Source: the human T2T-CHM13v2.0 reference genome, Homo sapiens
Direction: 5' to 3' (one strand)
DNA: 64,000 bases
Assembly (NCBI RefSeq): GCF_009914755.1
Contig: NC_060926.1
Under the pieces are notes generated by a model, which saw nothing but the letters and a program-made list of their open reading frames with translations, was not told the DNA's origin and ran no database searches. Position numbers and translations under genes: made by a program. This document shows, piece after piece, positions 28,617 through 48,092 of the stretch; the stretch's first letter is position 1, and each line of letters opens with the position of its first letter.

Positions 28617-30293
28617 TGTCCTACTATTAAATAAGATGTATATTTCAAGATTCTTCTCCTATAACAGCAACAGTTGCATATGTGTGTATCACCTGGTCTT
28701 CACTGCATGTTCTTACAGGATTGGGAGAAACAGAATAAATGTAGTCATGATGCTCTTCCTTCTGTTTGTCCTGTAAAGAAATCTTGTGTTTTCTATCAGC
28801 ATCAGTGAAACAGTAGCAGGCTAACCTGCGAGGTTACAAGAACAGGATAATAGAAGACCCTTCATATTTCTTGACACAATGAGCATTTCCGTCACCGAAG
28901 TTTTTTATTCTGAAAACTTTGCAGAATAGAAAGTTTTGCAGCAGGAAAGTTTAGTAATGAGTTTCATATGGGTCAAATGTTAAAGTGCTTAATTCAGATA
29001 ATAGGCAACCATTCAATCAAACATTTAGGTTCTACTACATTATTAGCATTTTGTTAGCCCTGTGAATAAATGAAAAGCATATGTCTATGTAAAATATGAC
29101 ATAATGCAACAAGTATACTACATATTATAGCAGTCACATTCTCCTCTCATGATCTAATTACAAAATTAATATACATTTTTATGACTAAAACTTGGTAGAT
29201 TAATGATTAATACATACAGATATTACGGCAAATTAGAGGGTGACTTAAAACTTCAAATGCATTAAATGTAGAAGAAAAGCTTCCTTTAAATTTAAGATCT
29301 GGCAAGGTCCTTAAGGTAAAAAATAGCAAAGTGAATAGGAAGAATTAGAGCAACATACTCAAGAGAAAGTGTAGAAAAAAAAATGAAGGTGAGGATTATA
29401 AAACATGTATGTATTAAACTTATAATGTATCATACATGCATGTATTATAGTCAATCCAACCACACTGAGGAAATGAAGCAAATAAAAATTGAACAAATGG
29501 CAACTGATTGCAAGAGGCCTTTAATTTCACTCTGTAGAGGTTTTTCTTTGTCCTCTCATTAACAGGGAGGCATTAGAATCTTTTTAAAATAATCAGCAAG
29601 TGTGGTTTTAGGAAATTAAATCTAAGATATCGCATAATAAAACAGTGTGACTTAATATTCTAGAATATACCAAGTAAACATGAAGCCAGTATGTATTTTA
29701 TGATAATGTTTTATAATCAACATACTGATAATTTTCTGAATTATTTTCATAGAATGAAAACCACTGTTATGCTCTTTTGATATATCATTGATAATATATT
29801 TCTAAATCTCAGTAATATACTTCTAAAAATAATAAAAAGCAAAAGCAGAGTAACAGGTTATAAAGGAAGGTGCTTTCTGCTCAAGGCAGGAATGTTTTAA
29901 ATTTTCTCATAAGAGTTCAAGTATCAGTTCAGTAAATGAATAAATAAGGAATAAATAAAGGAATAAAAATAGTAAAACAAAAAAAGGCAAGAAAAAGAAA
30001 CCAACATATAAATTAACTATGACTTTTTTTTTTTTTTTTGCAGATAACCTGTGCCTTTTTAATGAGCTGTTCTAGGACAATGTTGTTTCCTTGTCTTTAA
30101 TCCTCAAAATAGATTCTAGGGGCTACAAATAAATTTTAGTTAAGGAAGAATAGTTAGAGGGTGATAAGGCCTATTCATAAGTAGAGTCATAAGGTCAATT
30201 CATACGTAGAGAGTTTGATGGTACTTAAAAGGATAGACTTATTGGTAATGACGCTTCACGAAATGTGAACACTGAAGGTCTATATGTATAATA

Positions 30294-30688
<395 letters not shown>

Positions 30689-30738
30689 TTATGTTAAAGT
30701 AGCATAACATGAACATTTTATTTCATGCTATTCCCGAG

Positions 30739-30820
30739 ATTGCATTTAAGACTTAGAGAGTATACCATTTTTTATGCAAAACAATTGCATTTAAAACTTA
30801 GAGAGTATACGATTTTTTAT
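30739..30820 (+). repeat. Direct repeat, 37 bp x2, period 45
   Basis: attgcatttaa(g/a)acttagagagtatac(c/g)attttttat at 30739 and 30784. Confidence 0.9.
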
Positions 30821-33800
30821 TAATTCAATGTAAACAAAGCTTAATGACATAAATGCAATTAAAGTACAAAGAAAAAACAGATGAGCATGATGAACATAGC
30901 TTTAAATTACAAGAAAAAGGAAATGTGTAAATGATTCGGCTAGAAGCAAAAAATAAACCATGCAATATAGTGATCTCTGTAACAGAGTAGCTAATTATTA
31001 TTGAACTAAAAACAGTAATTAGGATATTTTGTATTTTTTGCATACCCACCTACCTCTGCGATAATTGGCAATGAAGGAATTAAATGGTTCACTAACTACT
31101 GAATTCAGCATCCCAATACCACAGAGAACCATCCTTGCTAATTGAAATGTGATGCATTAACTACTTGGCAATACAAATATATTGTTTATTTTCTTATAAT
31201 ACTTGTATACTGATGAGTATGCCTTAACATTATGCTTATTTCACTATAGAATTATCAAGAAATTAACATTGAATCATTTTAAATTATTTCTGATCTTATG
31301 GATAAGCTAAAAATATTATTATAGAGGGCATAGTGTATGATACACATGCATTTTTCTATATATATATTATATTTGTATCTGTCTACTTACAACTATATAT
31401 AAATATTTACATACTATATGTACATAAGTGTATACATTTAGATTTATAGATGTATATTTGTTTACTTATGGATAATGGATAAAATGAAACGAGCAAGATA
31501 ATGTAAGGAAGAAGATAGAATTGATCTTATTTTCACTATTGTGGCAACTGTCTTATCCATAGACCACAGAAAGATGACTCCTATCCTGGGCCCTACACCT
31601 CTGGGGGCTCTACCATGTTGAGTGCATTTTATGAAATTTCCTAAGTACCACCCTTGTACCTGGACCTATCTGACTGGTAGCAATATCCGCTGAATAACAA
31701 GGCATAGAACCTCTTTCAAAATGTTCTACATCCTTCTCAAGTGACTGCGACCAGCCCAGGACACTGGTGCCATTTGGGTAGGATGGTCTGAGCCAAGATC
31801 TAGATTGATATAATGTTTGATCTCTGTGTCTCCATTTCAAAGCACTCTCTAACCCTTTATTCCTTGTGTAATCCAGATGCCCAAAGGAGGTCAGAATTCA
31901 TGCTTATGTGTTTTTCCTAGGAGACTGGCTTTGTGAGCAGCTCACACCCACTGGTCACCATGGTCTTTCATTTGCAGTATTAGGGGGCTGTCAGAATGGT
32001 GACAAGATGCTGATTTTGGTTGACTCTCTGATGGGTAGCCAGACAGAGATTTAAACCAATCATAAGTCCGTGGGCTATGTTTATACCCACTTATGGTCAC
32101 CTAAATTCTCCCTGAGGTAAAAGTTTGGTTTCTTCTGCAGTGTATTGGTTTGAGAATAGGGAGGGGAGAAAGGCCAATGTTTTGAAAGACACACAGTTCT
32201 TTAAAGATCAGAAATTAAAGTATCAGCTTCATTTGTAGTCCTAGGTTGATGTGGACAGAGAAATATTTGTTATATGTTATAAACTATGGCAAGAAAAAGG
32301 AAAATTGTTCTGAGACACAAAGGAAGGGTGGCTGATGATGAGATGACCTTGTTTAATATATAACAATATTATACAGGATGGTAAACATAAGAAAGTGAAA
32401 GAAATTGAAACATTGAAAGACAACATTTAAAGGAGAACATAGCTTCTGTATTTCTGATTGCTTCCCTTTAAAGTATGTTAATATGTTAAAGGTTTAGTGA
32501 ACATTTATTTCCCCTCACATATATTTGGAGGAGACACTTGAAATAGCAGCCAGAAAGTGCACCCCTTGATTTGCACCAAAATCTAATGTGAATCTAATGG
32601 AAGCAAAGCCTCAGGGTATTTCCTACCCCTTCTGTGAGTATTTCGTATAAAGCTCAATTGGTAAATATTGGTGAATAAAAGAGAGGAACACTTTTACAAT
32701 TTCTCTAATGATCTTTAGTCAGGTCAATATCTTATTAAAACAAAATTTTTTTTTAAATATTATGTATAAACTATTAAAATTTTGGAGTGATAAGGCAGGT
32801 GTTTAATGAACAAAACAGACATTTCCTTTCTACAAACTCTTCCTGAGTAAGAATCAGTCACTTGATTTCACTCTGCAGGGTGTCTCCTGGGAGGATAGGT
32901 TTCCCACTAACCCATATGTGCTTTCTGAAGAGTCTCTGCCTACTCTTCCACCCAGGCCCTGATTATCAGCCCAGCACCTGGAGAGCAGGAGGCAAATGGA
33001 ACCCTTACATAACTGAATTCCTGTTTTGCATAGTTACGGTGCTAGTAGATTTGAATGCCTCTTACTGAGCCTAATTCACTAGTAGTTGAAGGAACAGTTA
33101 TAAAATTAAGTTGTGAATAGAGAGGTGGGTAACAGTGACTTCAATGACCTGATTCATTTTCCAACGAGTAGCTTAAGAAAATACAAACGCATCTACTCTG
33201 GCTTCCAACCCTAAAGGTGGTTGATGTAATAGGGTCCCTGCCTTGTTTAGACTTTCTTTCTGGGGTGAATTTACTTGCTAAGAAGTCAACAGGCTACAAT
33301 CTGTCTCTTCTAATTCTATTCAGCCAGAATGAAAAAGTTGGGGAAAAAATGTGTTTTTAAACAGATGGTGAAATAGAATAAATTGATCTTTGGGGCTCAG
33401 TATAGGCTCTGTGCCCTCACAGTGCTAAGTAGCAATGTTTGTATAATTTAGCATAAAAGTCAATTTTAAAAAGAACTATAATTCTACACATATGATGAAT
33501 ATATGTTCACCAACATATATCTTTAGAGAATAATATATTCTATGGTTTTTATTTTACATTTATACTTGCCCCATGTGCAACATTATATACTAGCATACTC
33601 ACACACATACACTCAGAGAGGGGTTTTAGCCCCTACTGCTATTTTTATTTGGAAGTTAAAGCTTGAGACATGATAAGATACAACTGGAAAACAAAATGAA
33701 TTTAAGACATGAAAAGTGAATGAACACAAGATAATACCAAAAAATAATCTCTTGTAATGCAGTTTATCCCACTTTCAATGTTAATTCAGTGTTTAATGCT

Positions 33801-34249
33801 TGGAAGCCAAGCAGGAAAAGCCCAGCCTTGTACTTCGTACTAATGTAAGAAAATAGATAACAAGGTTTAATTCAGCATAAAGAAGTGACCTGAGTATTAT
33901 GTCACTTTAAAATTTTTTTTAAAGTGTGCACTATAATTTATTGGTGATTTTGGTAAGACTGCAACACATTCAGGGTAAATTTTCAAATATTTTATAGACA
34001 TAATTCTAAAGAGTTAGGTAATGTGAGAAGGAAACTACAGATATGAAAATTAACTACAAATAAGTAGTGCAGAGAGAGGATGCCAAGTGCCATAACTCTT
34101 TCAAATTTAAAACCCTTTTTGTCAATCTCACTTGGATAGTCCAGGTGCTTCAACCTTAAGTACAACATGTTCCTCTTTATCTTCTCACTCTAAACAAGCA
34201 CCATCTGCGTTCATTATTTTCCATTCCTGAAATGGTCTCACTGTAGTGG

Positions 34250-34367
34250 CCTCCCTCTTTTGCTCTTCCTCCATCCCCACCTCACCTCTCTCCCTCCCAC
34301 CCTCTCTCTCTTTTTCTCTTCCTGTGTCCCTTCTCTCCTTCCACTTTCTCCCCCTTCCCCTCCTCAG
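34250..34367 (+). repeat. Polypyrimidine low-complexity tract
   Basis: About 115 nt almost entirely C/T. Confidence 0.8.
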
Positions 34368-34912
34368 ATCAGAATTTATTGCCTCCTTGCAATGGCCCCC
34401 TTTCCCTGCTTATTTATTATTCTGCGTTATACATTCTTATTTGAAAATAGTCCGAAGAGCAGAATAATCACCCTTCTGTCTAGCCCATAGATGGTATCAG
34501 CCATGAAAATGAGTTATTGTTATAAATTAAGCTTTAGAACTGCTACCCTGGGATAAATTATGTCACTACAATATACAAGTATATTCCATATTTCCAACAA
34601 CATTTTCCCTTATTTTTAACTAGATTGAAAATGGTTTCAATCCAGAATCAATGGGAACCATATACCATTGTAATCGAGGACTGAATAGGAATAGGGAGAA
34701 TGAATAAACACCGCATATCTGTTTTCTTCAGATTATACATCAAAGAGTGCAAACACATTCTATGCACAAGAGATTGTATAAAATTTTAATTAAAAACAAA
34801 AATATCCAAAATTATAGATAAACTTCAGAAAGACCTTTTATAATTGTCTTGTTTCTTGATGAATTGACATTCTTAATACTATCAAATATACATTTTGCTC
34901 TGATAATATTCT

Positions 34913-35379
34913 TCGTATGGTGTGAATGTTTTTGTCCTCCCAAAATTCATCAGTTGAAGAATTAACACCCATGAGGATGGTATAAGGAAGTGGGATCTTT
35001 AGAAGGTGATTAGGGCTGGAGCCCTCATGAATGGGATTAGTGCCCTCTTAAAGAGGCCCTCAGAGGCTGAGGCATGAGAATCCCTTGAACCTGGGAGGTG
35101 AAGAGCCAAGATCACACCACTGCACTCCAGCCTGGGCAACAAAGCAAGATTATGTCTCAAAAAGAAAAACATAAAAGCTCAACCACCATGAAGATATAGA
35201 AAGACGGAGGCAACATCCAGAAACCAGAAAGCAAGAAAGCAGCTCACCAAATCCAAATCTTCTTATCACTGAACCTTGAACTCTCCATTTCTCCAGAACT
35301 GTGAAAAATAATTTTCTGTTGTTTATAAGCTACCCAGCATTACAGTATTTTGTTATGGCAACCCAAAATAACTAAGACA
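34913..35379 (+). mobile_element. MLT1A-family MaLR solo LTR interrupted by an Alu fragment
   Basis: 'gagccctcatgaatgggattagtgccc', 'ccagaactgtgaaaaataattttctgttgtttataagctaccc', end 'actaagaca'. Confidence 0.85.
35063..35170 (+). mobile_element. 5'-truncated Alu right-arm fragment
   Basis: 'gaggctgaggcatgagaatcccttgaacctgggagg...cactgcactccagcctgggcaac...tctcaaaaag'. Confidence 0.85.
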
Positions 35380-35579
35380 ATACCTTATCTCAAAGTGTAC
35401 TCTTGCTAATATTAACATAAACATTCAAGCTTTCCAATGATTAAAGTTTCCCTGGCATAATGTTTACCACTATATTTTTAACCTACTATTTTTAAAACAT
35501 TTAAAGTACATTTCTTGGAAATGTATGTATGTGAGCCTTGGTATTTTACCCTAGTCTACCAAACCTAGGCTTTGTTTTT

Positions 35580-36830
35580 TTTTTCCCAATAAATTTTTAA
35601 AATTCTAGAATAGTTTAGATTTCCAAATTACTTAGACAATACAGAGATGTCCCATAAACTCTATTCCCCTAGTATTAACATCTTAAATTATTACTGTACA
35701 TTTTTCAAAATTAATAAAAGATACTCATATAGTTATTAAATAAAGGCCATACTTCATTTAGAGTCCTTAATTTTTTTAACCTAATGCCCTTTATATGTTT
35801 GTTTGTTTATTTGTTTGTTTGTTTCAAGATCCCCTCCAGGGTATGACATTACATTTAGTTATCATATCTTCTTAGGCTCTCTGAGTATGATAGTTTCTCA
35901 AACTTGCCTTGTTTTTGATGACCTTGATATTTAAAGGAATACAAGTCATCTATTTTGCAGAATACTTTATTCAGGATTTGTTACTGTTAGAGGGGAAGTA
36001 TCAGTTTGGAAGAGGAAGATCGCAAATGTAAAGTGCCATTTTCCTCATATTCTATCAAGGGCGTGAACTGTTAATATGATATATTACTGTTGATGTTGAC
36101 CTTGATCACTTGACTGATGTAGTGTTTGTCAGATTTTCTCCACTTTAAAGTGCCCCTTTTTCCCCTTTTGCATTACGTTCTTGTTGGAAGGAAGTAACTA
36201 TACACAATCCCTACTTAAGAAGTGGAAAGTTAAAGTTTATGTCCTTAAAGGTGAAGTGTTTATATAAATAACTGGAAAATCCGCTCAAGAGAGTTTTTGT
36301 TTTCTTTTCCCCAACTTTTACTAAATTTATTAATTTCATTATGGGCAAATATATTTTTTATACTTTCAGCTATAATCCAGTGTTTATTTAGTAAGTTTAG
36401 TTTTCCATTTCAGCCATATGGAGTTCTTTCACTTTTAGTTTCTTTGTCCCTTTGACATACTTTCATCACTGTAGATTTTTATTATATTATCATCGCTTAC
36501 TTTATTAAAATACATGATGCTTCAGGTTCATCTTTTATATTCCATTCCCAAGTCCTAGAATGACTCATTCCTTTAAGGAGCCATGTTCTCATTAATGGAC
36601 AATGGTATTACTAAACAAAATCTGTGTGCTTGGTGAGCTCATTGATACTGGGATGCCACTGTGTCCAGGTCTCTCAGCTGGGAAAGAAAATATATGTGTG
36701 TATATACACCACACACAAACACCCACAAAACATACATAATTATATGGATATATTTTAAGCTTATTGAGTTCATATTGACGTTGTCAAATCTCATTCTTTA
36801 TCATGTGGATCTTACCAGCCTCATCTCTGT
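35580..36830 (-). mobile_element. L1MD/L1MC-type 3' region
   Basis: Antisense 'cattacatttagttatcat', 'ccttgtttttgatgaccttga', 'gatgttgaccttgatcact', 'ttttctccactttaaagt'. Confidence 0.75.
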
Positions 36831-37829
36831 CTTTTAAGTGTAGATTTGATTTTATTTTCATTTAAAGTACTGATTACATTGTTTGGCTTGTCTATTAGCC
36901 TTCCTTCCTTCTTTACTTCTCTCTTTTCTCCTTTCCTTCCTCCCTTTCTCTCTCCCTTTATCCTTACTCTCTTCTTTCCTATTTAATGACCTATCACTTT
37001 CTGAAGAAAGTCTCATAAAAACCTAACAGTATTTTGATGCATTCATTGTTTATAAAATATTTTTTAACACTTTGGTTTCTTATATTTTAGTGATATAATT
37101 TTTGTTATTTTACCTTCTTTCTCTGGTAATCTCTTCATTTTAATATTGTGAAATAAATTATGGTTATTTCAAATCCAGCTTTTTTCTTTATAGTGTATTT
37201 TATCTGATTTTAATACAGCTGCAGAAGCTTACTTTTGAATAGCATTTTTTTGCAGGGGAGGGTGCTCTCTTCCCATCTTTAGGCCTTTAACCTTTTTGTT
37301 TTTTTTCCTATTAGCTCTTTCTTGTAAACATTATATAACTAAATTTTTGTTCTTTGCACATTGTAAAGAAACTATTTTTAAATTCAGTTGAAATTATTAA
37401 TACTTATTGTGATTCTGAAGAGATATGCTCTGTGAAAAATAAATTTTTGCAGCTTTTGTTCATTTATTTATCTCTCACACTAGGAAAATTCATAACAAAT
37501 ATTAGATATACAAAAATAATTAAATAAATTAATTAATTACTGTTTTTTAAGTTTCCCTGCCATTATATTTTCTGACTTATATAGCAATTATATAATATGA
37601 CTTATGTAAACTATGGTTTATTTTTAGTTTTTTCTCTTGTCCTGAAAATTAGTAATTTGATTACATCTGCCCTATTTTATCTACTCTAATTTTCAATTGC
37701 ATATCTATTTTCTATTATTGCATGATACTCATGTATTTTAACTTGTACATCTTAATCAATCCCTCTGTCTTTTTCCTCAAAGTACTAAGAATGTAAGAAC
37801 TCATCAATTCTTTACAGCTTCATAACTGC

Positions 37830-38025
37830 CAGAATCCAAATCTCACCTCAACTGCTTATGACCTTAGAAAAGTATACAATTTACATTCCTTTTTTCCTTC
37901 ATTTTTAAAATATGAGGAGAAGATGAATATCTATTGGAATGAGTCACAATGAGAAGTAAGTGAAATGTTATATGTAAAGCAAATAAAACTCTAAGCAAAA
38001 TATTAGACAGCTTGTATCATTATTG
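37830..38025 (+). mobile_element. MIR fragment
   Basis: 'actgcttatgaccttagaaaagt...ccttcattttttaaaatatg...gaagtaagtgaaatgttatatgtaaagca'. Confidence 0.5.
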
Positions 38026-38689
38026 TGGTAGGTTTCATTTTCTATTTAAACTTCAAATTAAGTAATATTAGTCAATCATTATTTAAATTTCTGAAACTTT
38101 TACCTACCAGGGTTTCTAATTATTAACATTTTCTGCATCCAATTCTTTCCCTTAAGTTTTAGTTTCTTCTTACACTTTTGGTAGTCCTTTAATTGATGAT
38201 ATTTGAGTGTGAAATTTGTTTAATATTTAGTTTTTGCCTAAAAAAATAACTTCATATTTCTTCTACACTTTTGTGAACATTTAGCTGGGCATAGAATTTT
38301 TGGTTAAGAATTATTTTCATTAGCAATTTCAGGATATTTTATATTGTTATGGATCTTATTATTACTGATGAGAAGTAAGTGGTCAATCTGATTTTCCCCA
38401 CTTTAGGAGTTTTATCTTTTTGCAATTGTGACTATTACTCATCCATAATCACTGTAAAAAATTCTCAATATATTTATTTGCTTTTCAAGAAACTAGAGTT
38501 ACATGTGTTTTTATTATATGTTTTCTATTTTTCATAAATTTATGTATCCAGCTTAATATTAATAATATTTTCAGATCTATCTCAAAGTTTGCATATTATC
38601 TCATTAGCATCTGGACTGCAATTTAACATGACCATTGATTTCTTACAAAATTTCAATAATTAAATATTTCAAAGAGTCACTTTGTATTT

Positions 38690-43318
<4,629 letters not shown>

Positions 43319-44533
43319 TAATTTTGCATTATTTTTAAGTATTTGTATTTTTTCTACACTTATTTTTTAAAGTCTCTAATCCATCATTCTTAATAACTTT
43401 AAATATTCAATTATTATAATTACTTTAAGATTGGTCTCTTATTTATGTGGTAATATCTTGATATGCTAATGTTCTACTTTATTATATAAGTTGACTCCAT
43501 GTTAGATATTATATGGTTTCCTTTATTTGTGTGTTCATTATTTATTTTTACCAGATGATCTTTTTATTTTCTTTCTGCCTACTCATGGCTCCTTCCCACT
43601 CCAGTAACGTCCCACGTGCTCTGGGCTTGGGTAGTGTCTATATAGCATGGTTATGTGTTTTCTTTCCCCAGGTTCTCTACATATTTCACATATTCTGTGA
43701 GATTATTTTATGTTTAGTTATTAATTTTTGATTCTGGTACGTCATAGTTCAAGGTTAAAAAGTCACATGCAATATGATTTTGAGGTTTTAGTTTTTCATG
43801 GGTTTGCTTATCTCCAACATGGCACCAGGAAACATAGTTTTTTGTCATGTCTGAGGATCATATCAGATTTCGTGTGTGAAGAGATTTAGTTACAATGTGG
43901 TTGTTTCATCAAAGCCTCAGGTTATAATGTTTTCTGATTGTATTAGTATGTCTATGGGAAGAAGAAAGATTCATGGGAACTGAAAAAAGGGAGTTGAGGC
44001 AGGCAAATACCTGGTCTGGGGTAATGGTCCACCACCCATCCTTATCTTAAAAACAGTGCTTCCCATCAACATGTTCTAAAGCTGTATTTGAGTCTCACTT
44101 CTAAAGGTATAGTTGGGCACTCAGTATTGAGGTGACTTAGGAAACAGATATTTAATACATTGTTATTTGAACAAGCTTATTGTGGGTCTAGAATCCCTGG
44201 ACTTTATGTGAATAATCAGAACGATCTGTTAATATAAAAATGTAGATTTTATTTCAAAGATGCTATGACTGTATGGACATAAGCGGGTCACTGGTATAAA
44301 TTAGATGACAAACTGTGTTCTATTAATTTCTTTCATTATATACTTTTCTTTCTCCTTTAAAAATATTCAAACAGATACATAAGTATGAGCGCACAAAAAA
44401 GTGAACAGATAAAAATCTCTACAAATGTATTGTTCACAGGTGGCCTCCCAATCTGCATCTTTGAACATGAGTGGCTGATACTGAGAAGCATGTGGGTAGA
44501 TGTACTAATGACTGTGTTACTTATTTCTTCACC

Positions 44534-44595
44534 TTTATTTTATTTTATTTATTTTATTTTATTTTATTTTATTTTATTTTATTTTATTTTATTTT
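44534..44595 (+). repeat. (ATTTT)n pentanucleotide repeat, about 12 units
   Basis: Direct read. Confidence 0.95.
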
Positions 44596-46902
44596 CTAGC
44601 TTAGAAAATTCAAAACCTAAACGTTTTGTTGTGTCATATATTCTACAACATTGTCAGGAAAAGTTTAGCTTTCCTATCAGTCAGTAAGTCCTTGGGGATG
44701 TTTCCCAGAAGGAAACTGAAACTGACAAGCCTCTCCTACATAGAAGAGGACATGCACTAGATTCCTGTGTGAATTGGAGGGATCTTATTTGATAAATACA
44801 CATATTTGCAGAGCATTCTCAGAATTCTATGAGTTCAGAAAAGATTTTTTTAATAAAGTATTTCAAACATCATTTTTTAGCAATGAAAAACCAATGGAGG
44901 TAGATGCTTCGAACAGGCTTTTCAAAAGAAGAAAAGAGTGACTCATACAATTTCCACATTGTAAAAGAAAACTAAGTGCAAGGGTTACAATAGGCCAAGG
45001 TGGCAAAAATTAATTTCTAATCAATGTCTCTCTCTTTCTTCTTTACTCAGTAACTCTTTAAGGTGCTTTATCAGAGATGATACTGCTCCCAGTTTCCTAG
45101 TTAGTTTGATAAAAAATAAGAAAACTAAATAAGTGAGGCATTATCTAAAATAAAATTAATCTTAGGGGAACCATTTTACTAACTTGGAAGTCAGAAAGCT
45201 ACAAAAACTTCTACTCTTCATGGAGAAGAGGGAAGTGGAGGGTCTGAAAAGCATCAAAGATTAATGTGACAAACTTCATAGATTATCTGTGCTCCTGCCT
45301 GCCTAGGCAATCAAATATAGTCGATTCAAGGAGGAATTCAATGATGTCACCTCAGCACTTCACATACTTCGGTCATTGATCATAATAGCTTGTTAGTAAG
45401 GTTACACAGACCTGATTAATTTGTTTTTCAGTCTTTCTAATCATGCATCTCATACTGAAGAATGACATGTCCTTTGGTCTTAATTGAGAAAATTACATTT
45501 ATTGAATATTGAATATAGTTCAATGCTGCTTATGACACATTGGGAAATATGCACAGATTAAATTTTATTATTAAAAAATTGAAAAATTTATACAATTAAT
45601 ACAAAGCCTATAATTTATGGGCAAAGATTATATTGTCCTGAGGTTTCTAGGAGATCTCTTGATGAAGGCCATGATTGACATCAGTCTTTAACAGTGCAGG
45701 TGGAAGAAGATGAGATAGGAGGTTGTTGCAGTTAAGGAGAATAGTTGTAAAAAGGATTGTCTTAATAAATGAAAGGAGCATCTATGGAGCAGTGAGAAGT
45801 TAGTAGAGATGAAAATATTTTTGGACTATGATTTCTCTTGTGGTCAGATGTCTTTATGTTTTTACATTTCAGTACATTGGAGAGTGCTAATTTTCACAAC
45901 ATATATTTGACAAATAAGTCAATTTTGAATTACTACTATTTGTAAGCAGGAGAGAGCATAATGAAAAGTATATTTATGAAAAATATAAGTAGAGCTAAAA
46001 AACTATAATGTATTAGAAATAAGTAAAATACATAAGAGAATGCTGACATGTTCACAATGACATGGAAAAGAAGCAACAAATTTAAACAGTATTATGAAAT
46101 AAGCTTACCAGACTTGTCAATTGATTGGATTTGTTGAGTGAAGAGGGAGGAAGAAATTTAGTTAACTGTAAAGCTTAGAACCAAGATTAATGAGACAATA
46201 GTTTTATTATCCAATGATACTCAGAAGGAAAAGGGCTAACACATTTAGAATAAAATCAAGAGTGTCACTTTCAGCAGTGACAACAGAACCATACAAAAGG
46301 GGTATTTTTTCATGCAAGGATGTTTGGTTTTTGAATATCTGAAAACTTTGGAGAAACAGAATTCATCTAAACATTTACTGATGTTAATAGGAATGATATA
46401 GCCCAACTATTACTTTCAAATACATTTTTACAGCAAAGAGAAAGCAGCACACAACAAACAAGGACTCAAGTTCGGCTTCTGTTTCACTGAGGGACAAGTA
46501 TTCTTGTTATTGAAGTAAAAGCTAGATTAACAAGACTGCTTCCTACAGCTGCTCCTCAGAACTCCTTAAAGGCAATATATCATGTACTCTCCTGCATTAG
46601 ACATTTGATTTCTTGAATACAGTAGTATGGAATGGCTCTTCTACATGCTAAGAAAGTATGTGAGATGACATGATTGCCTTACAATACGCACAGCCAATGT
46701 GACAGGTTTAGATATATATTTCTTTACAAAGGTCTATAGCTTTACAAATAATCACCCCTAAATTTAAGCATGCTGGTTATTTCTCAACACTTAATGCATC
46801 TACTTATGTTGAATGGTCATTAAGTCAAAGTTTTTTAATATTAAATCACTTAGCAAGTAAGATACAGCCATACTAAATGATATATATGTATACACGCACA
46901 CA

Positions 46903-46925
46903 TAGATGATAGATAGATGATAGAT

Positions 46926-46970
<45 letters not shown>
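46903..46970 (+). repeat. Complex (GATA)n STR with GAT interruptions; (GATA)11 core
   Basis: Direct read; perfect run 46926-46969. Confidence 0.95.
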
Positions 46971-46971
<1 letters not shown>

Positions 46972-47015
46972 GATATATCTGAGGTTATTGTGATTCTAGT
47001 TTAAGATTTTTCCAA

Positions 47016-47307
47016 GGCCAGGTACAGTGGCTTATGTCTGTAACCCCAGTACTTTGTGAGGCCGAGTTTAGAGGATTGCTTGGTGCCAAGAGTTTGAGAC
47101 TAGCTGCACAACACAGCAAGACTCTGTCTGTACAAAAAAAAAAAAAAAAAAATTAAGAAATTGAGTGCACCAGCAGTCCTAGCTACTCAGGAGGTTGAGG
47201 CTGGAGAATCCCTTGAGCACAGGAGTTTGAGGTTATAGTGATCTATGATCTTGCACTCCAGCCTGGGTAACAGAGCAAGATCCTGTCTCTTAAACAAACA
47301 AACAAAA
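47016..47307 (+). mobile_element. AluJ (Jo/Jr-like)
   Basis: Diverged dimer 'cttgagcacaggagtttgagg'; TSD aagatttttccaa / aagatttttctag. Confidence 0.9.
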
Positions 47308-47384
47308 AAGATTTTTCTAGATGTTCTCATGGACTTTAGGGAACCAGAAAGGTATTCTACTGAATATAAAATATAACTTGAGTC

Positions 47385-47600
47385 ATTATAATAATTACTG
47401 ACATGTAACAAAATATTGTTAGGTGACAGATATTGTACAAAGTGCTTCAGATATATTATCTCATTTTATCCCCAACCAACCAATTTTACAAATGAATAAA
47501 ATATGCTTTAGAATGGCTAAATAAATTTTTCAATATTAGACATCTAATAATCATTGCAGGAAGAAATCAAGGTAAAACCTGAACTAACATTAAAAACCAA
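47385..47600 (-). mobile_element. MIR fragment
   Basis: 'aagtgcttcagatatattatctcatttt...attttacaaatgaataaa'. Confidence 0.6.
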
Positions 47601-47728
47601 GCCATCTGAAGCACTGTACAGGGTAGACTGTGCCACTACTAGGTCCTGGAAGGGAGACAAAATAGAAGTGCGGGATATGAAAATGGAGCTAGAATGAGTG
47701 ATAAAAATATATTAAACTAAATAGTTCT

Positions 47729-48092
47729 TGTATTATTCTGTTTTCTCACTGCTATAAAGAAATGCCTGAGACTGGGTAATTTATAAAGGAAAAAGGTTTA
47801 ATTGACTCACAATTCTGCATGGTTGGGGTGGCCTCAGGAAACGTGCAATCATGGAGGAAGCCAAAGGAAAAGTAAGTATCTTCCTTATAAGGTGGCAGGT
47901 CTTGAGAGGAACTATCAAACACTTATAAAACCATCAGATCTCGTGAGAACTCACTATCACGAGAACAGCACGGGGGGAAACTTCCTCCATTATCCAATCA
48001 CCTCCCCCAAATCCCTCTCTTGAAATGTAGAGATTCTGGGGATTACAATTTGAGATGAGATTTGGGTGGGGACACAGAGCCAAATCATATCA
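47729..48092 (-). mobile_element. THE1 (THE1D-like) MaLR solo LTR
   Basis: 'cctgagactgggtaatttataaagg', 'aaaaccatcagatctcgtgagaactcactatc', end 'tttgggtggggacacagagccaaatcatatca'. Confidence 0.9.

Noticed and set aside
27601-28776. GC-rich island with many ORFs, resembling a gene or promoter
   Set aside because: Explained by an L1 5'UTR on the minus strand; CpG-depleted.
28780-28876. Possible ERV1 LTR 3' fragment ending cttgaca
   Set aside because: Resemblance too weak to assign family or boundaries without a search.
45640-46270. Possible L2 remnants
   Set aside because: Purine-rich similarity only; cannot be delimited reliably by eye.
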